From: a virus
Lineage: Duplodnaviria > Caudoviricetes
DNA: 64,000 nucleotides
Direction: 5' to 3' (one strand)
Virus record (IMG/VR): IMGVR_UViG_3300021375_000006
Part shown: in pieces, positions 9,848 through 19,183 of the stretch
Numbering within the stretch: the stretch's first letter is position 1
Layout: every line of letters starts with the position of its first letter
Notes under the pieces: generated by a model
Told to the model about the DNA's origin: nothing
Database searches by the model: none
The model's input: only the letters and a program-made list of their open reading frames with translations
Program-made: the position numbers and the translations under genes

Positions 9848-10862
9848 TTCTTACTTCCATTATTTTATTAAACACTTGATCTGGACCTGGTTGACACTTA
9901 AATTCAGAATACCCTTCTAAACAAGATGGATAATAAGGTAAGTTATTTATAGACTTCCAATGTTTAACTGAATATTTAGGATCTGTAGCACAAAATATTT
10001 TACAATCACTACCTACAAAATGAAATTTATAGTCTTGTGATGCATATCTATATGGTGCAGTCTTTCTTGGATCGATAGATGCGCCTATTTGAAATATATG
10101 AGAATCTGTACACCCTGCTAAGTGGATTGGACCAGCATCAAAAGAAACTAATCCAAATGCATTATTTAAAACATGGTACAATTCAGAAATTGGTCTAAAT
10201 ACAGATGCTTCTTCTTGTTTACCTGGTGTATCATCACCATAATTATAGTCAATACCATTTAGATCTACTAGCCCTTTTACAATTTCACCTTCTGAAGTCC
10301 CCTCTCTATGAGCTTTACCGATCAAGACTATCTTCATATCGGTATGTTCTTTAATTAGATCAACTAGTCTTTGCCAGTGTTCTAATGGCCAAGTTCTATT
10401 AGGCCAATTCTCAGTAGGGTGGATAACAATACAGTTATCGTCAATCTTTAATGAGTCTTCAGTTTGTTCTTCTGGAAAATAGTCATAGTGTAAATCTTCA
10501 GGGTAAAGTGAAATACCTAGGCCTAAAGCGTGGTGTTGTCTCGCTTCAAAATTACTTAATTTAATTTGTACTCTACTATCTCTCTCCTGGTCTTGCCACA
10601 TGTTTCTATTTCCTTTAATCCAATGATTATAGGTTTCAAAAATCTCAGTATAGCCTTCAGGATCTTCATCTGTATATTTTAGTAATTTATCAACATAGGG
10701 AGATCTTTCGTAAATATCTGTGCGTCTACACATTACATCTACTTTATGCCCATAAGACTCCGCTGCTTTACGTACAGTTGGAGTAGAGCATATTGTGTCG
10801 CCCAATGCAGGGCAACTAACTTTAATTAAAACTTTAGAACTATTTCCAGGTAGGTCTATCAC
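9840..10862 (-). CDS. GT9 family heptosyltransferase-like protein
   Basis: ALGDTICSTP, IHP...NRTWP..W, SFDAGPIHLA. Confidence 0.8.
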   Translation of the reverse strand: MIDLPGNSSKVLIKVSCPALGDTICSTPTVRKAAESYGHKVDVMCRRTDIYERSPYVDKLLKYTDEDPEGYTEIFETYNHWIKGNRNMWQDQERDSRVQIKLSNFEARQHHALGLGISLYPEDLHYDYFPEEQTEDSLKIDDNCIVIHPTENWPNRTWPLEHWQRLVDLIKEHTDMKIVLIGKAHREGTSEGEIVKGLVDLNGIDYNYGDDTPGKQEEASVFRPISELYHVLNNAFGLVSFDAGPIHLAGCTDSHIFQIGASIDPRKTAPYRYASQDYKFHFVGSDCKIFCATDPKYSVKHWKSINNLPYYPSCLEGYSEFKCQPGPDQVFNKIMEVRNG

Positions 10863-11257
10863 TTATATTCTTCATAAGACTTCTCTTCGACTAGAAGAGA
10901 GCCAGTTAAAAGATTGATCTTTTTCTTCACCTCCGCTCTCTCGTCGTTAGTAAAATAAACAGATCTTGCTAATTCAACAAAGTCATCTTCGAAATCTTTC
11001 TTAGACTCATGTACTCTAATGTGGTCTTCTATATTCCATAACGTTTGATTAATGTCCTGTAAGTCTTTATGTAACTTTTTCATCTCTGGACGATCTAGTT
11101 CACTTAGAGCCTCGTACATATTATGAACAATAGGTGCTAATACATCGTACTCTGTTTGTACGTTTTTTAATTTGGCTTCATCTTTAATTTGTTCTAATTT
11201 GATAGCCAAAATAGTGAGTTTGTCTAGAATCTCACCGTTTGATACTTCTATTTTCAT
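10859..11257 (-). CDS. DUF6165-like protein
   Basis: MKIEVSNGEILDKLTIL...LWNIED..R...ARSVYFTNDERA..KKKIN pattern, often seen next to glycosyltransferases. Confidence 0.7.
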   Translation of the reverse strand: MKIEVSNGEILDKLTILAIKLEQIKDEAKLKNVQTEYDVLAPIVHNMYEALSELDRPEMKKLHKDLQDINQTLWNIEDHIRVHESKKDFEDDFVELARSVYFTNDERAEVKKKINLLTGSLLVEEKSYEEYK

Positions 11258-11268
11258 CTATTAATTAT

Positions 11269-12231
11269 TTAAAGTGTTAATAACATATTTATTAACTCAG
11301 TCTGTGGTTGAACATCATCTTTATCAGTTCTAACCTGTCCATGAGTTAAAAGCCCTTGAACTTTACCAGAGCAAGCTAGATCTGAGTATTCAAAAGCTCT
11401 ACCTAAATCAGCAGGATTTGGTTTTGCTATACCATAAGGTGTAGGTCCAACTCCTAATTTCTTTAGTTCATCAATTATACCAACATGCAAATCAATACCA
11501 TGCTTCTCTGATAATAATATGAGTAAAGCTTTTAAAGATTCAATTTGCTTTGCAGAATATCTATGGAAGTAGAGTTGACCCTTATATTTATGATCTAATG
11601 TACATACTTGATCTGGGTGTACCTCTGCATTATACCATGTGTAATATTTACCATCCTTTTGTGTTAATCTACCAGCAGAACAAAGCTCAATTGAGATTGA
11701 GCCTCTATGCATTGTACCAGATTTGGTTTTACCTAAGTGGTAACCCCAATATTCATCTTTGAATGCCTGTAGAATTCTACCATCATATTTAGTTTCATCT
11801 ACACCAGAAGCAGGTAGTCCACCAATTACATAATGAGTTCCTATTCTACCTCTTTGGTCTCTACCCCATTGGTCGATAACTTTATATGGATTATGTCTTC
11901 CTGCTGTATGGTGAATGAATATCCACTTTTTTGCTGTTTCTTGTTTCACATATTCACCATCTGGTAATGGATATTGTTCAATCCATGTTGCACCAGTTGT
12001 AATATCTGTATCTGCTTCTAATTCATGTGGATTTAATCCTAGCTTCTTCCATGTCATTGGGCCTATAATACCATCTCCCTTCAAGCCATTATCAATTTGA
12101 AATGCTTTTACAGCATCTCTAGTTCTAGGTCCAAATACTCCATCTACTCTAAGCCCAAGCCTTTCTTGTATATCCTCAACTAAATCACCAGAATGACCCT
12201 GTTTTAATACGTATTTACTTTGCTTTGACAT
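11269..12231 (-). CDS. Endolysin: peptidoglycan-binding domain plus N-acetylmuramoyl-L-alanine amidase
   Basis: DGVFGPRT..AVKAFQ...DGIIGPMTW; amidase HHTAG, THYVIG, SISIELC, LTHGQV. Confidence 0.88.
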   Translation of the reverse strand: MSKQSKYVLKQGHSGDLVEDIQERLGLRVDGVFGPRTRDAVKAFQIDNGLKGDGIIGPMTWKKLGLNPHELEADTDITTGATWIEQYPLPDGEYVKQETAKKWIFIHHTAGRHNPYKVIDQWGRDQRGRIGTHYVIGGLPASGVDETKYDGRILQAFKDEYWGYHLGKTKSGTMHRGSISIELCSAGRLTQKDGKYYTWYNAEVHPDQVCTLDHKYKGQLYFHRYSAKQIESLKALLILLSEKHGIDLHVGIIDELKKLGVGPTPYGIAKPNPADLGRAFEYSDLACSGKVQGLLTHGQVRTDKDDVQPQTELINMLLTL

Positions 12232-12641
12232 ATTTCTTTAGTTTTTATTTCTAATTTATTTATCACTCTTAATAAATCAGCATCACTAGTAGTTTCATGT
12301 TTGAATGTAAACACTTCCTTCATCCCTACTTTTTCATAGATTCTAAAAGATATTAAATATGAAGGTTTTACTTTTAATCTATCTTTCATAAAACTAATTG
12401 TTTCTGCCTGAATTCTAGCCGGACCAGAATAGGCAAACTTAGTTTTAATTTTAGCTGAGCATTGATAAGTATCATGGTCTAGTTCCATGAAATATTGTTC
12501 TTCCTTTATTTCATTAGCTATTAAGTAAAGTCTATGTAGTATACTTGGGTGCTCTCCGCTTAAAACTTTTATTAGAGTTTCTTTATCTAGTGCTTTAGTA
12601 ATAAATTTTTTACTTAAATTTATTTTAATTCTATTTACCAT
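12204..12641 (-). CDS. Hypothetical protein
   Basis: 145-aa ORF. Confidence 0.55.
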   Translation of the reverse strand: MVNRIKINLSKKFITKALDKETLIKVLSGEHPSILHRLYLIANEIKEEQYFMELDHDTYQCSAKIKTKFAYSGPARIQAETISFMKDRLKVKPSYLISFRIYEKVGMKEVFTFKHETTSDADLLRVINKLEIKTKEICQSKVNTY

Positions 12642-14394
12642 CTCGTTTCTTTAAAAAATCAATCTTATCCTGTTCTGCTTTCTTACGCATAGCCTCGTCG
12701 AATAATTCATCTTCACTACGTTCATTCGATACATCTTCAGTAGGTGTAATTGGTTTAGGTGCAATTACGTCTTTTTCTACTTCAGGTGTTTCTGGTAAGT
12801 GTGGTGTCTCAATTTTTTGTACAGTTGGAGGATATGTACCAAAGTCATTTGGTAAATTCTTTACAACTGCTGCAACTGATGTTGGATTAGTTTCATTAGG
12901 AAATTCACTATTAGATATTTCTTCTGGGTCGATTACCTCAATCTCTTTTTCTGCTGCTGCGATTTCTTCATCTTCTGCCATAAATACATCTTCTTCAAGA
13001 CCATCAACCATATCATTAAGTACCTGATCTAGTGCATGATCTTCATCCCATTCTTCTTCTGGCTCATGACGATCAACCGCTACATCGTAAGGATCTTGAA
13101 TACCTATGGCATCATTCTCATCCATCTTCTTTTGAAAGTCCATAAAGCCAGATTCTTTATCATTAGTCAGACCACCGATAGTATGAATTTTATCATCTTC
13201 CTCTGACCACGGCCCAGGTTTATCCATTTCCTCTAAGAAATCTTGAATTTCTGAATCGTCGTCCTCATTAGACCATGGTAAATCTCTAAAATCATCTAAA
13301 TCATCTTCAACTACACCTTTTGCTAATTCATCTGCAACTTGCGCCCAACGTTTAGCATTTTCTTTATCTATGTTAATATCAGCTGGTGGTTTAGGTTTTG
13401 CATATTGATCTGCGGTACTCCCATCTGTCCAACCAGAGTCATCATAATTATCATCATAATATCTCTCTGCAGCTCTACTTAATGCCTCATTTGGTTCTGG
13501 AAAATCATCATCGTTAAAGTCCTCTTCATTAAATTCATCAGTTAATGTAGGCTCGTATGGAGTTTCTTCATCTTCTGGTCTTTTAGGATTAGCCTTATCA
13601 AATGCAAAGTTGGCTGCAATTACCATAGAGATAGCTAGTGGATCGAATACAAAGATAATTATTAGGAGAAGTATATTAATAATCTTATCCATTGGTGCGC
13701 CTGTAAGGCCTGATAAATATTGTAGTGGTCCTAACTCACCAACAGTATCTGCTTCATTTTGTATCTCTAAGATTTTTAATTTAAGAGTCTGTAGTGAATC
13801 TGCTGCTACTTCTCTTTTCGCTTGAACAGCATTCCTGTTACCCTCTTCCACTTCAATTCTACTCTGTGCCAAACGTAGTTCAGATGTGGATATTGTGGTT
13901 CTAACGCCTCCAACCACCGAGGTGTCTCGTACCTGGATTTGTTGAGACCTAGCATTGGAAAGAGTACTAATGTTATTAGAAATTCTTTCAAGTTCTTGAT
14001 CGTATCTAGTAACGTCTGCTTCATAGAATTGTGCTTTATTATCTAAGAATTCTATCTGGTTCTGTTGAACTACTAATTTCTGATAGGTTTCTTGATATGC
14101 AGCAGATAGGAAGCCATAGATACCCATTGATGTAATAAGTACTAAGACTGTTGCTGCTATTGTTAGATAGGTTCTTAACCATTTGTTAATACTATCCCAA
14201 TATTGATATAATAGAGATGCAATTACTAGTTTACCGAATTCTAATGAACCGGCCATGATAATTACTTCTAATTGTGCCCCTGCAAATAATTTTGATAAAC
14301 CACTTACCGAATAGAATGCTGCTGATGCCGAAATTGACAAGGCAGAGAATGCTATTATGAATGGAAAGAAGTTTCTCTTTAATGATTTAAACAT
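12631..14394 (-). CDS. Multi-pass membrane protein with coiled coil and long acidic C-terminal region
   Basis: Three N-terminal hydrophobic helices, coiled coil, one further TM (IFVFDPLAI), D/E-rich tail. Confidence 0.75.
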   Translation of the reverse strand: MFKSLKRNFFPFIIAFSALSISASAAFYSVSGLSKLFAGAQLEVIIMAGSLEFGKLVIASLLYQYWDSINKWLRTYLTIAATVLVLITSMGIYGFLSAAYQETYQKLVVQQNQIEFLDNKAQFYEADVTRYDQELERISNNISTLSNARSQQIQVRDTSVVGGVRTTISTSELRLAQSRIEVEEGNRNAVQAKREVAADSLQTLKLKILEIQNEADTVGELGPLQYLSGLTGAPMDKIINILLLIIIFVFDPLAISMVIAANFAFDKANPKRPEDEETPYEPTLTDEFNEEDFNDDDFPEPNEALSRAAERYYDDNYDDSGWTDGSTADQYAKPKPPADINIDKENAKRWAQVADELAKGVVEDDLDDFRDLPWSNEDDDSEIQDFLEEMDKPGPWSEEDDKIHTIGGLTNDKESGFMDFQKKMDENDAIGIQDPYDVAVDRHEPEEEWDEDHALDQVLNDMVDGLEEDVFMAEDEEIAAAEKEIEVIDPEEISNSEFPNETNPTSVAAVVKNLPNDFGTYPPTVQKIETPHLPETPEVEKDVIAPKPITPTEDVSNERSEDELFDEAMRKKAEQDKIDFLKKRDGK

Positions 14395-14410
14395 AACTTT
14401 AGTTTTTAGT

Positions 14411-14770
14411 TTACCACTTACCTAATGGACATACAGATCCAGGTGAAAGTGCTTTAGCTGCTAATCTACAACCACAACCCCTCGTTGGTGCGCCAGTAAC
14501 TACATGAATACCCTCTTTATGTGGATTACATGTACCACCATCTCTCATATCACATGAATGACAGATATTTAATCTTGTTTCTGACTCATGTTTTAATTCT
14601 GGCTCTAAATCTACAAAATGAGATTTAACTAAATTACCCCATCCAGTTAAAATCTGTTCAATTTGACTGGGTTTTTTCTTTTGTGCAGGTGTTAAAGGTG
14701 CAGGTTTATATACATCTTTTTTGACATTACCCACAAAACCATACTTATTTGTTTTTCTTTCTATTGCCAT
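14411..14770 (-). CDS. Cys-rich metal-binding protein
   Basis: RLNICHSC...C...GCGC...AK......CPLGKW. Confidence 0.65.
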   Translation of the reverse strand: MAIERKTNKYGFVGNVKKDVYKPAPLTPAQKKKPSQIEQILTGWGNLVKSHFVDLEPELKHESETRLNICHSCDMRDGGTCNPHKEGIHVVTGAPTRGCGCRLAAKALSPGSVCPLGKW

Positions 14771-14773
14771 AAT

Positions 14774-15532
14774 CTATATATTATGTTTATCTTTAAACAT
14801 CTTCCTACGTTTAATAAACTCCTTTGCATAGAACTCTAAGTCTGATTGAGTTAGAGTAAACTTTTGAGGTAAATTATCATCCTCATTAGCAATCCATATC
14901 TCTGCACCATCTGCTTTATTTCCTGTCATATCCCAATACGCAATAAAATATGCAGAGGCTTGAAGGTAGTAATCAACAACCCATTCTTCTCTCTTAGGTC
15001 TTCTACTATTCTTATAGTCAATAATTTTAATTTGACCATCTGTTACTTTTGAGATATTATCTACTGTACCTGCCCAGCCGCCGCCTTTAGTAGTCCATAA
15101 GAAAGTCTCTGCTTCTAGGACTTCTAAGATCTGATCAAAATAGTCTGATGAATTAGACCAGAATTTATAGAAGAATTTCCATGCCTCTTCTAAATAGAGT
15201 TGACCGTTTTCATCATCTTTAAACTCATTGACCTCATCATCATCTTTTGCAACCTCTTTTAGTTGCGTTAGACGCTCCATGGCTTCACCAGAGGTCTCAG
15301 TTTTGTATAACTCAATAAGTCTGTGCATTATTGTACCACGAGACATACTAAGACTAGAGATACGATTAGCCTCTTTTTCACCCACTCTCTTCTTCCACTT
15401 CTCGAGACCAGACATATCTTTTGTCTGCCCCAATATAGTAGTAACCGAAGGTAGTTTCGCGATTACGTTTCCACCCTCGGTAACCTCATAAAATCTGAGA
15501 CCGTTCTCTTGTACTCTTTTTATTTCTGCCAT
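14774..15532 (-). CDS. PD-(D/E)XK (Cas4-like) exonuclease of T4-like phages
   Basis: LPSVTTIL, RGT.MH, AGTVD, IIDYKNS, YYLQASAY. Confidence 0.85.
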   Translation of the reverse strand: MAEIKRVQENGLRFYEVTEGGNVIAKLPSVTTILGQTKDMSGLEKWKKRVGEKEANRISSLSMSRGTIMHRLIELYKTETSGEAMERLTQLKEVAKDDDEVNEFKDDENGQLYLEEAWKFFYKFWSNSSDYFDQILEVLEAETFLWTTKGGGWAGTVDNISKVTDGQIKIIDYKNSRRPKREEWVVDYYLQASAYFIAYWDMTGNKADGAEIWIANEDDNLPQKFTLTQSDLEFYAKEFIKRRKMFKDKHNI

Positions 15533-16020
15533 TATAGTCCTGCTAATCCCAGTAGTTTAGTAAATAATTCTGTAACGTGGTGGAAATTTATATAGATTAC
15601 TCTACCTATTAAAAAGAAACCGAATAAAACTAGTGAAGTTTTTACAATATTACCTAAGATTGCAAAGAGTCCAAATGCATCATATTGCGGCCACATTACA
15701 ACTAGGTACGAAGCTGAATTAGGTATTTTTGCCATCTCTGGGTAAATAATATCTGAAATGCCTAATTCATTCATAACTGGACCCCATTTACCTAATTGTT
15801 GCATTACGTAGGCCTGTTGGACTTGGGGTGCTGCTCCTTGTACTTCTTCTGGCATATTAACTACACCGTATATTCTACCTAACCAGTCTACTCTTAGATC
15901 TTGGTTATTTAATTTTTGTGTATTACCCTTTTGTTTAGCAGTACGTCTAAATATCCACCAGATTCTAATTTCTGCATAGAGTTCGGACCAATACGAGAAT
16001 GTATTTGTGAACCAGTTCAT
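15532..16020 (-). CDS. Hypothetical membrane protein
   Basis: C-terminal hydrophobic helices. Confidence 0.6.
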   Translation of the reverse strand: MNWFTNTFSYWSELYAEIRIWWIFRRTAKQKGNTQKLNNQDLRVDWLGRIYGVVNMPEEVQGAAPQVQQAYVMQQLGKWGPVMNELGISDIIYPEMAKIPNSASYLVVMWPQYDAFGLFAILGNIVKTSLVLFGFFLIGRVIYINFHHVTELFTKLLGLAGL

Positions 16021-16023
16021 ATA

Positions 16024-16293
16024 TTAATTTTTAGAGAATTCTTTTAATTGTTCTACTGACATTGCGCCTGATTGTCTTGCAACAACTTCGCCATCTTCAA
16101 ATAGAATAAATGTAGGGATAGATCTAATCCCGTATTTAGAAGCAATATCAGTCTCTTCATCTACATTAATTTTTACAACTTCTACTGCTTCGTCTTCTGC
16201 GCTGTACTTTTCTAACACAGGCATCATCATTTTACAGGGGCCACACCATTGTGCCCAAAAATCTACTATTACTTTACCTTCTTGTGGAATCAT
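16024..16293 (-). CDS. trxA: Thioredoxin
   Basis: DFWAQWCGPCK, SIPT; start at 16293 chosen from ATGA overlap with upstream stop. Confidence 0.93.
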   Translation of the reverse strand: MIPQEGKVIVDFWAQWCGPCKMMMPVLEKYSAEDEAVEVVKINVDEETDIASKYGIRSIPTFILFEDGEVVARQSGAMSVEQLKEFSKN

Positions 16294-16508
16294 AATTCTG
16301 GGTTTATTCCGGCCCACTCTATAAGCAAACCTTTATCTGTTAATTCAATATATTTATCATACTTAATACTGACCTGAATTTGGTCTGCTACTACTGCAAC
16401 ACTAGTATATTCAACTGCGTTCTCAAAAACATCTTCAATTAACGGAGAGTTAATGTTTTTATTGAGTTGCTCTAGATAATCTTTACCTATCCAAATTAAT
16501 ATATGCAT
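16290..16508 (-). CDS. Hypothetical protein
   Basis: ORF translationally coupled to thioredoxin. Confidence 0.5.
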   Translation of the reverse strand: MHILIWIGKDYLEQLNKNINSPLIEDVFENAVEYTSVAVVADQIQVSIKYDKYIELTDKGLLIEWAGINPEL

Positions 16509-16529
16509 AATTTTAAATTTAGTTATTCA

Positions 16530-17360
16530 TTATACTGAATTTTGGTCCGTTGTTTCATTATCATACCAAAACCTATCCATCCAAGAATAAACATTATCTG
16601 AATCCTTGTCATTATGTTGTTCAATCGCATTATAGGTTGTTGTAAAAACATTAAGGTCTTTAAATTGATGGTTAATCCAAACGTCAATAGGTCCTTTAAT
16701 TGGAGTTTTTTTGCGTAGTTTACGAACACCTCGATCACTTAATAAATAGCCACTAAGCCACCATACGCCATTCTTTAATTTTTCTAAATTTACAGAATAT
16801 TTTTCTGCTGTATAACCTACAGTTGCTGGTAAAATAGAGAAGTAAACCATATCCCAATCTTCTGGTAATTCTTTAAAAACAGAATTAAATGTCTTTGAAA
16901 ATCCAACTTCAAATGTTATATCATCTTCAAGAAAAAGAGCTGCCTTGCCTTTAGATTCTATAAATTTATCCCACATTGCAATATGTCCAAGTGAAATAGC
17001 TATCTCTGATTTAGAACATGATAGAATTTGTTTTCTATAATGATTAATATTATCACTAAATGCCGGATCTGGTTCTATTGTATATTGCCAATTAAAATCA
17101 TAGTCTTTAAGTACTAGACTCTTATCCCAATCGTCTACATCATCTCCCCAAAAAGCCTTTTGCCAAGTTACAAAATCAGCCAGAGTTTGATCTCCATCTG
17201 TTTTAACTCGATCAAGCTGTTTTATTAAGGCCTCTTTTCGATCTTTCCTATGCTCTAAATTTAACACATAGACCTGATCTATATTTTTAGTATTTAATAG
17301 AGTGTTTTTACCAAATAGACCTGCTATTCTTTTTATCAGAGTTGTAGTCCCTCTACTCAT
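16530..17360 (-). CDS. Glycosyltransferase family 25
   Basis: YVLNLEHRKDR, IAISLGHIAMW, LFLEDD, GYLLS..G, PIDVWI. Confidence 0.85.
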   Translation of the reverse strand: MSRGTTTLIKRIAGLFGKNTLLNTKNIDQVYVLNLEHRKDRKEALIKQLDRVKTDGDQTLADFVTWQKAFWGDDVDDWDKSLVLKDYDFNWQYTIEPDPAFSDNINHYRKQILSCSKSEIAISLGHIAMWDKFIESKGKAALFLEDDITFEVGFSKTFNSVFKELPEDWDMVYFSILPATVGYTAEKYSVNLEKLKNGVWWLSGYLLSDRGVRKLRKKTPIKGPIDVWINHQFKDLNVFTTTYNAIEQHNDKDSDNVYSWMDRFWYDNETTDQNSV

Positions 17361-17374
17361 GTGGTTGATATTTG

Positions 17375-17446
17375 TAGCCCCTAGGAGAATCGAACTCCTC
17401 TTTCCAGGATGAAAACCTGGCGTCCTAACCGATAGACGAAGGGGCC
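17375..17446 (-). tRNA. tRNA-Glu(TTC), no encoded CCA
   Basis: GGCCCCT/AGGGGCT acceptor; CCAGG-TT TTC AT-CCTGG; GTTCGATTC T-loop. Confidence 0.95.
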
Positions 17447-17453
17447 ATAGTTG

Positions 17454-17526
17454 TTGGGCCGCAGGGGCTCGAACCCCGACTCTTCTGGACCAAAACCAGA
17501 CGTGTTGCCAGTTACACCACAGCCCA
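17454..17526 (-). tRNA. tRNA-Gln(TTG), no encoded CCA
   Basis: TGGGCTG/CGGCCCA acceptor; TCTGG-TT TTG GT-CCAGA; GTTCGAGC T-loop. Confidence 0.95.
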
Positions 17527-17530
17527 ATTA

Positions 17531-17899
17531 TTAATTATATAATGGAGCCTTCTTTTGTTTCTTTAAGTATTGTCTATAATTAACAACAGCTCTACTTAGG
17601 ATTTCCATCCTCTGTTCTGGGTCCATGACCATTGTTCTAGTTTTTGTGTAGTAAGTATTACCATCAAAAGAACTAGTCCATGGATGTAGTTTAGTAGGAT
17701 TTAACTGGTAGATTGATCTGTTCTTATAGATCGTACCATAAGAAGTCTTGTGAGTCTTCGTATAGGCTCTACGGATATAACCATTCTCATAAGAGAGATA
17801 GTCACAGTTTGAGATTGGGTCATGATAACATACTGTACCATGATCTGCTTGTGCTTGAGAAGTTAATTCAATACACTTAAGTGCTTGTAGTTTATTCAT
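17531..17899 (-). CDS. Hypothetical protein
   Basis: 122-aa ORF. Confidence 0.6.
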   Translation of the reverse strand: MNKLQALKCIELTSQAQADHGTVCYHDPISNCDYLSYENGYIRRAYTKTHKTSYGTIYKNRSIYQLNPTKLHPWTSSFDGNTYYTKTRTMVMDPEQRMEILSRAVVNYRQYLKKQKKAPLYN

Positions 17900-17900
17900 A

Positions 17901-18077
17901 TTATTTTATTTCGTTAGACTGATGCATTCTAAAACCAAGAATGGGTGTATGACCTACCAATTCGTTCTTCCTCTTTTCTATCATATCTCTTGTTAGAATT
18001 AAAGTTTCAACGTCTTTCTCGGTCTTCACCCAATCTGTGAATAAATACGTCAGTAATTTTGCTTTTAATTTTTTCAT
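17901..18077 (-). CDS. Small hypothetical protein (58 aa, below track cutoff)
   Basis: Manual translation MKKLKAKLLTYLFTDWVKTEKDVETL...; fills gap exactly. Confidence 0.55.
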   Translation of the reverse strand: MKKLKAKLLTYLFTDWVKTEKDVETLILTRDMIEKRKNELVGHTPILGFRMHQSNEIK

Positions 18078-18078
18078 A

Positions 18079-18306
18079 TTAAAGGTTATCTCTTACTGAG
18101 TTTTTAAGTAACATTTGAGAAGTAGGAGCGATTCCAAAACTAACCCAATTGTCAGAGTCATTAAATTGTTTTCTACAATGGTCCATGGTGTCCTCAGACC
18201 AGTCTAAATGGTTTCCTGCAACATCAGTTACTGGATGCCAAACGCTTTCCCAACCATCACTTAAGAAGGTTACCCAAGCTTTTTCTACGTTTAAATTTAG
18301 TATCAT
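18079..18306 (-). CDS. Hypothetical protein
   Basis: First ORF behind promoter motif copy at 18320. Confidence 0.6.
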   Translation of the reverse strand: MILNLNVEKAWVTFLSDGWESVWHPVTDVAGNHLDWSEDTMDHCRKQFNDSDNWVSFGIAPTSQMLLKNSVRDNL

Positions 18307-18319
18307 ATCGTTTTAATTA

Positions 18320-18376
18320 TAGTACTAATATACGAAAAATAATTGACATAAAAAAATCTAGAGGCAATTATTTTGC
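18320..18376 (-). promoter_or_regulatory. Conserved ~57-bp early-type promoter motif, copy 1
   Basis: Minus strand CAAAATAATTGCC...TTTTTTATGTCAATTATTTTTCGTATATTAGTACT; near-identical copies at 26291, 43285, 45079, 45192; TATATTAG resembles the Bacteroidota -7 TAnnTTTG. Confidence 0.75.
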
Positions 18377-18946
18377 AAAAAGTTTGTCTAGTGGATAAAG
18401 ATTATCCTCTGACTCGGCTCTTTCTGGATGCCATTGTACTGCCCAGATCTTTCTGCTCTCGTCTACGATCGCTTCTGGAATACCACCACCAATATGAGTT
18501 ACTGTAAAGTTATCTGCAACTTTAGCACAGTATTGATGATGTCTTGAATTAACGGTTGTAGTATTTCCGTCTCTATCTGTAATAATATGTTGTCGTGAAG
18601 GTCTAGTGGCATGTGATACATTATCTGAAAAGTCTGCAGCTGCATGAGCCTCTACTATTTCATCATCTATATTCTCTACCACACCACCAAAAAAGTGGTT
18701 AAGGATTTGCATGCCACGGCAAACTCCAATAATAGGTTGCTTATTTGCAATAGCCTCTTGAATCCACCTGAATTCTCTAATATCTCTATCTTTATCTTTA
18801 CCAATATCAGCACCACCTGCTAGAATAAGTGGTCCCGTAATAGGTTGGTTATCTAAAACCTCTGGTTCAAATCCATATCGGGTTAACCATTCAATAAATG
18901 CTGTTTTTTCGGAAGGTCCTTTCGGTGGCGCTAGATAAACTTTCAT
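18368..18946 (-). CDS. Class I glutamine amidotransferase / peptidase C26 (gamma-glutamyl hydrolase-like)
   Basis: LAGGADI, GVCRGMQ (nucleophile Cys), VNSRHHQ, QWHPE. Confidence 0.9.
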   Translation of the reverse strand: MKVYLAPPKGPSEKTAFIEWLTRYGFEPEVLDNQPITGPLILAGGADIGKDKDRDIREFRWIQEAIANKQPIIGVCRGMQILNHFFGGVVENIDDEIVEAHAAADFSDNVSHATRPSRQHIITDRDGNTTTVNSRHHQYCAKVADNFTVTHIGGGIPEAIVDESRKIWAVQWHPERAESEDNLYPLDKLFAK

Positions 18947-18960
18947 ATCGTTAAAAAGAT

Positions 18961-19098
18961 GGGAGTCTTAGAACCTGAGTCTTACATTTCCATTGCCTAG
19001 GATGTTAAAAATGCTCTGTTCATAGACTCCCTCTTTGGAGGGAAGGTAATACTAAGTCGCCTTAATATAGTGGTGCGCTTGTGTGAAATTATTCCCTC
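18961..19098 (-). ncRNA. Two tandem long irregular hairpins (candidate small stable RNAs) downstream of tRNA-Gly
   Basis: GGGAGTCT..GAAC/GTTC..AGACTCCC (18961-19031) and GAGGGAA/TTCCCTC (19038-19098) closing stems; no ORF. Confidence 0.5.
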
Positions 19099-19107
19099 TT
19101 ATTTTTG

Positions 19108-19179
19108 AGCGAAAGACGAGGATTGAACTCGCGACCCTCACCTTGGCAAGGTGATGCTCTACCGCTGAGCTACTTTCGC
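19108..19179 (-). tRNA. tRNA-Gly(GCC), no encoded CCA
   Basis: GCGAAAG/CTTTCGC; TCACC-TT GCC AA-GGTGA; GTTCAATCC. Confidence 0.95.
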
Positions 19180-19183
19180 AATT

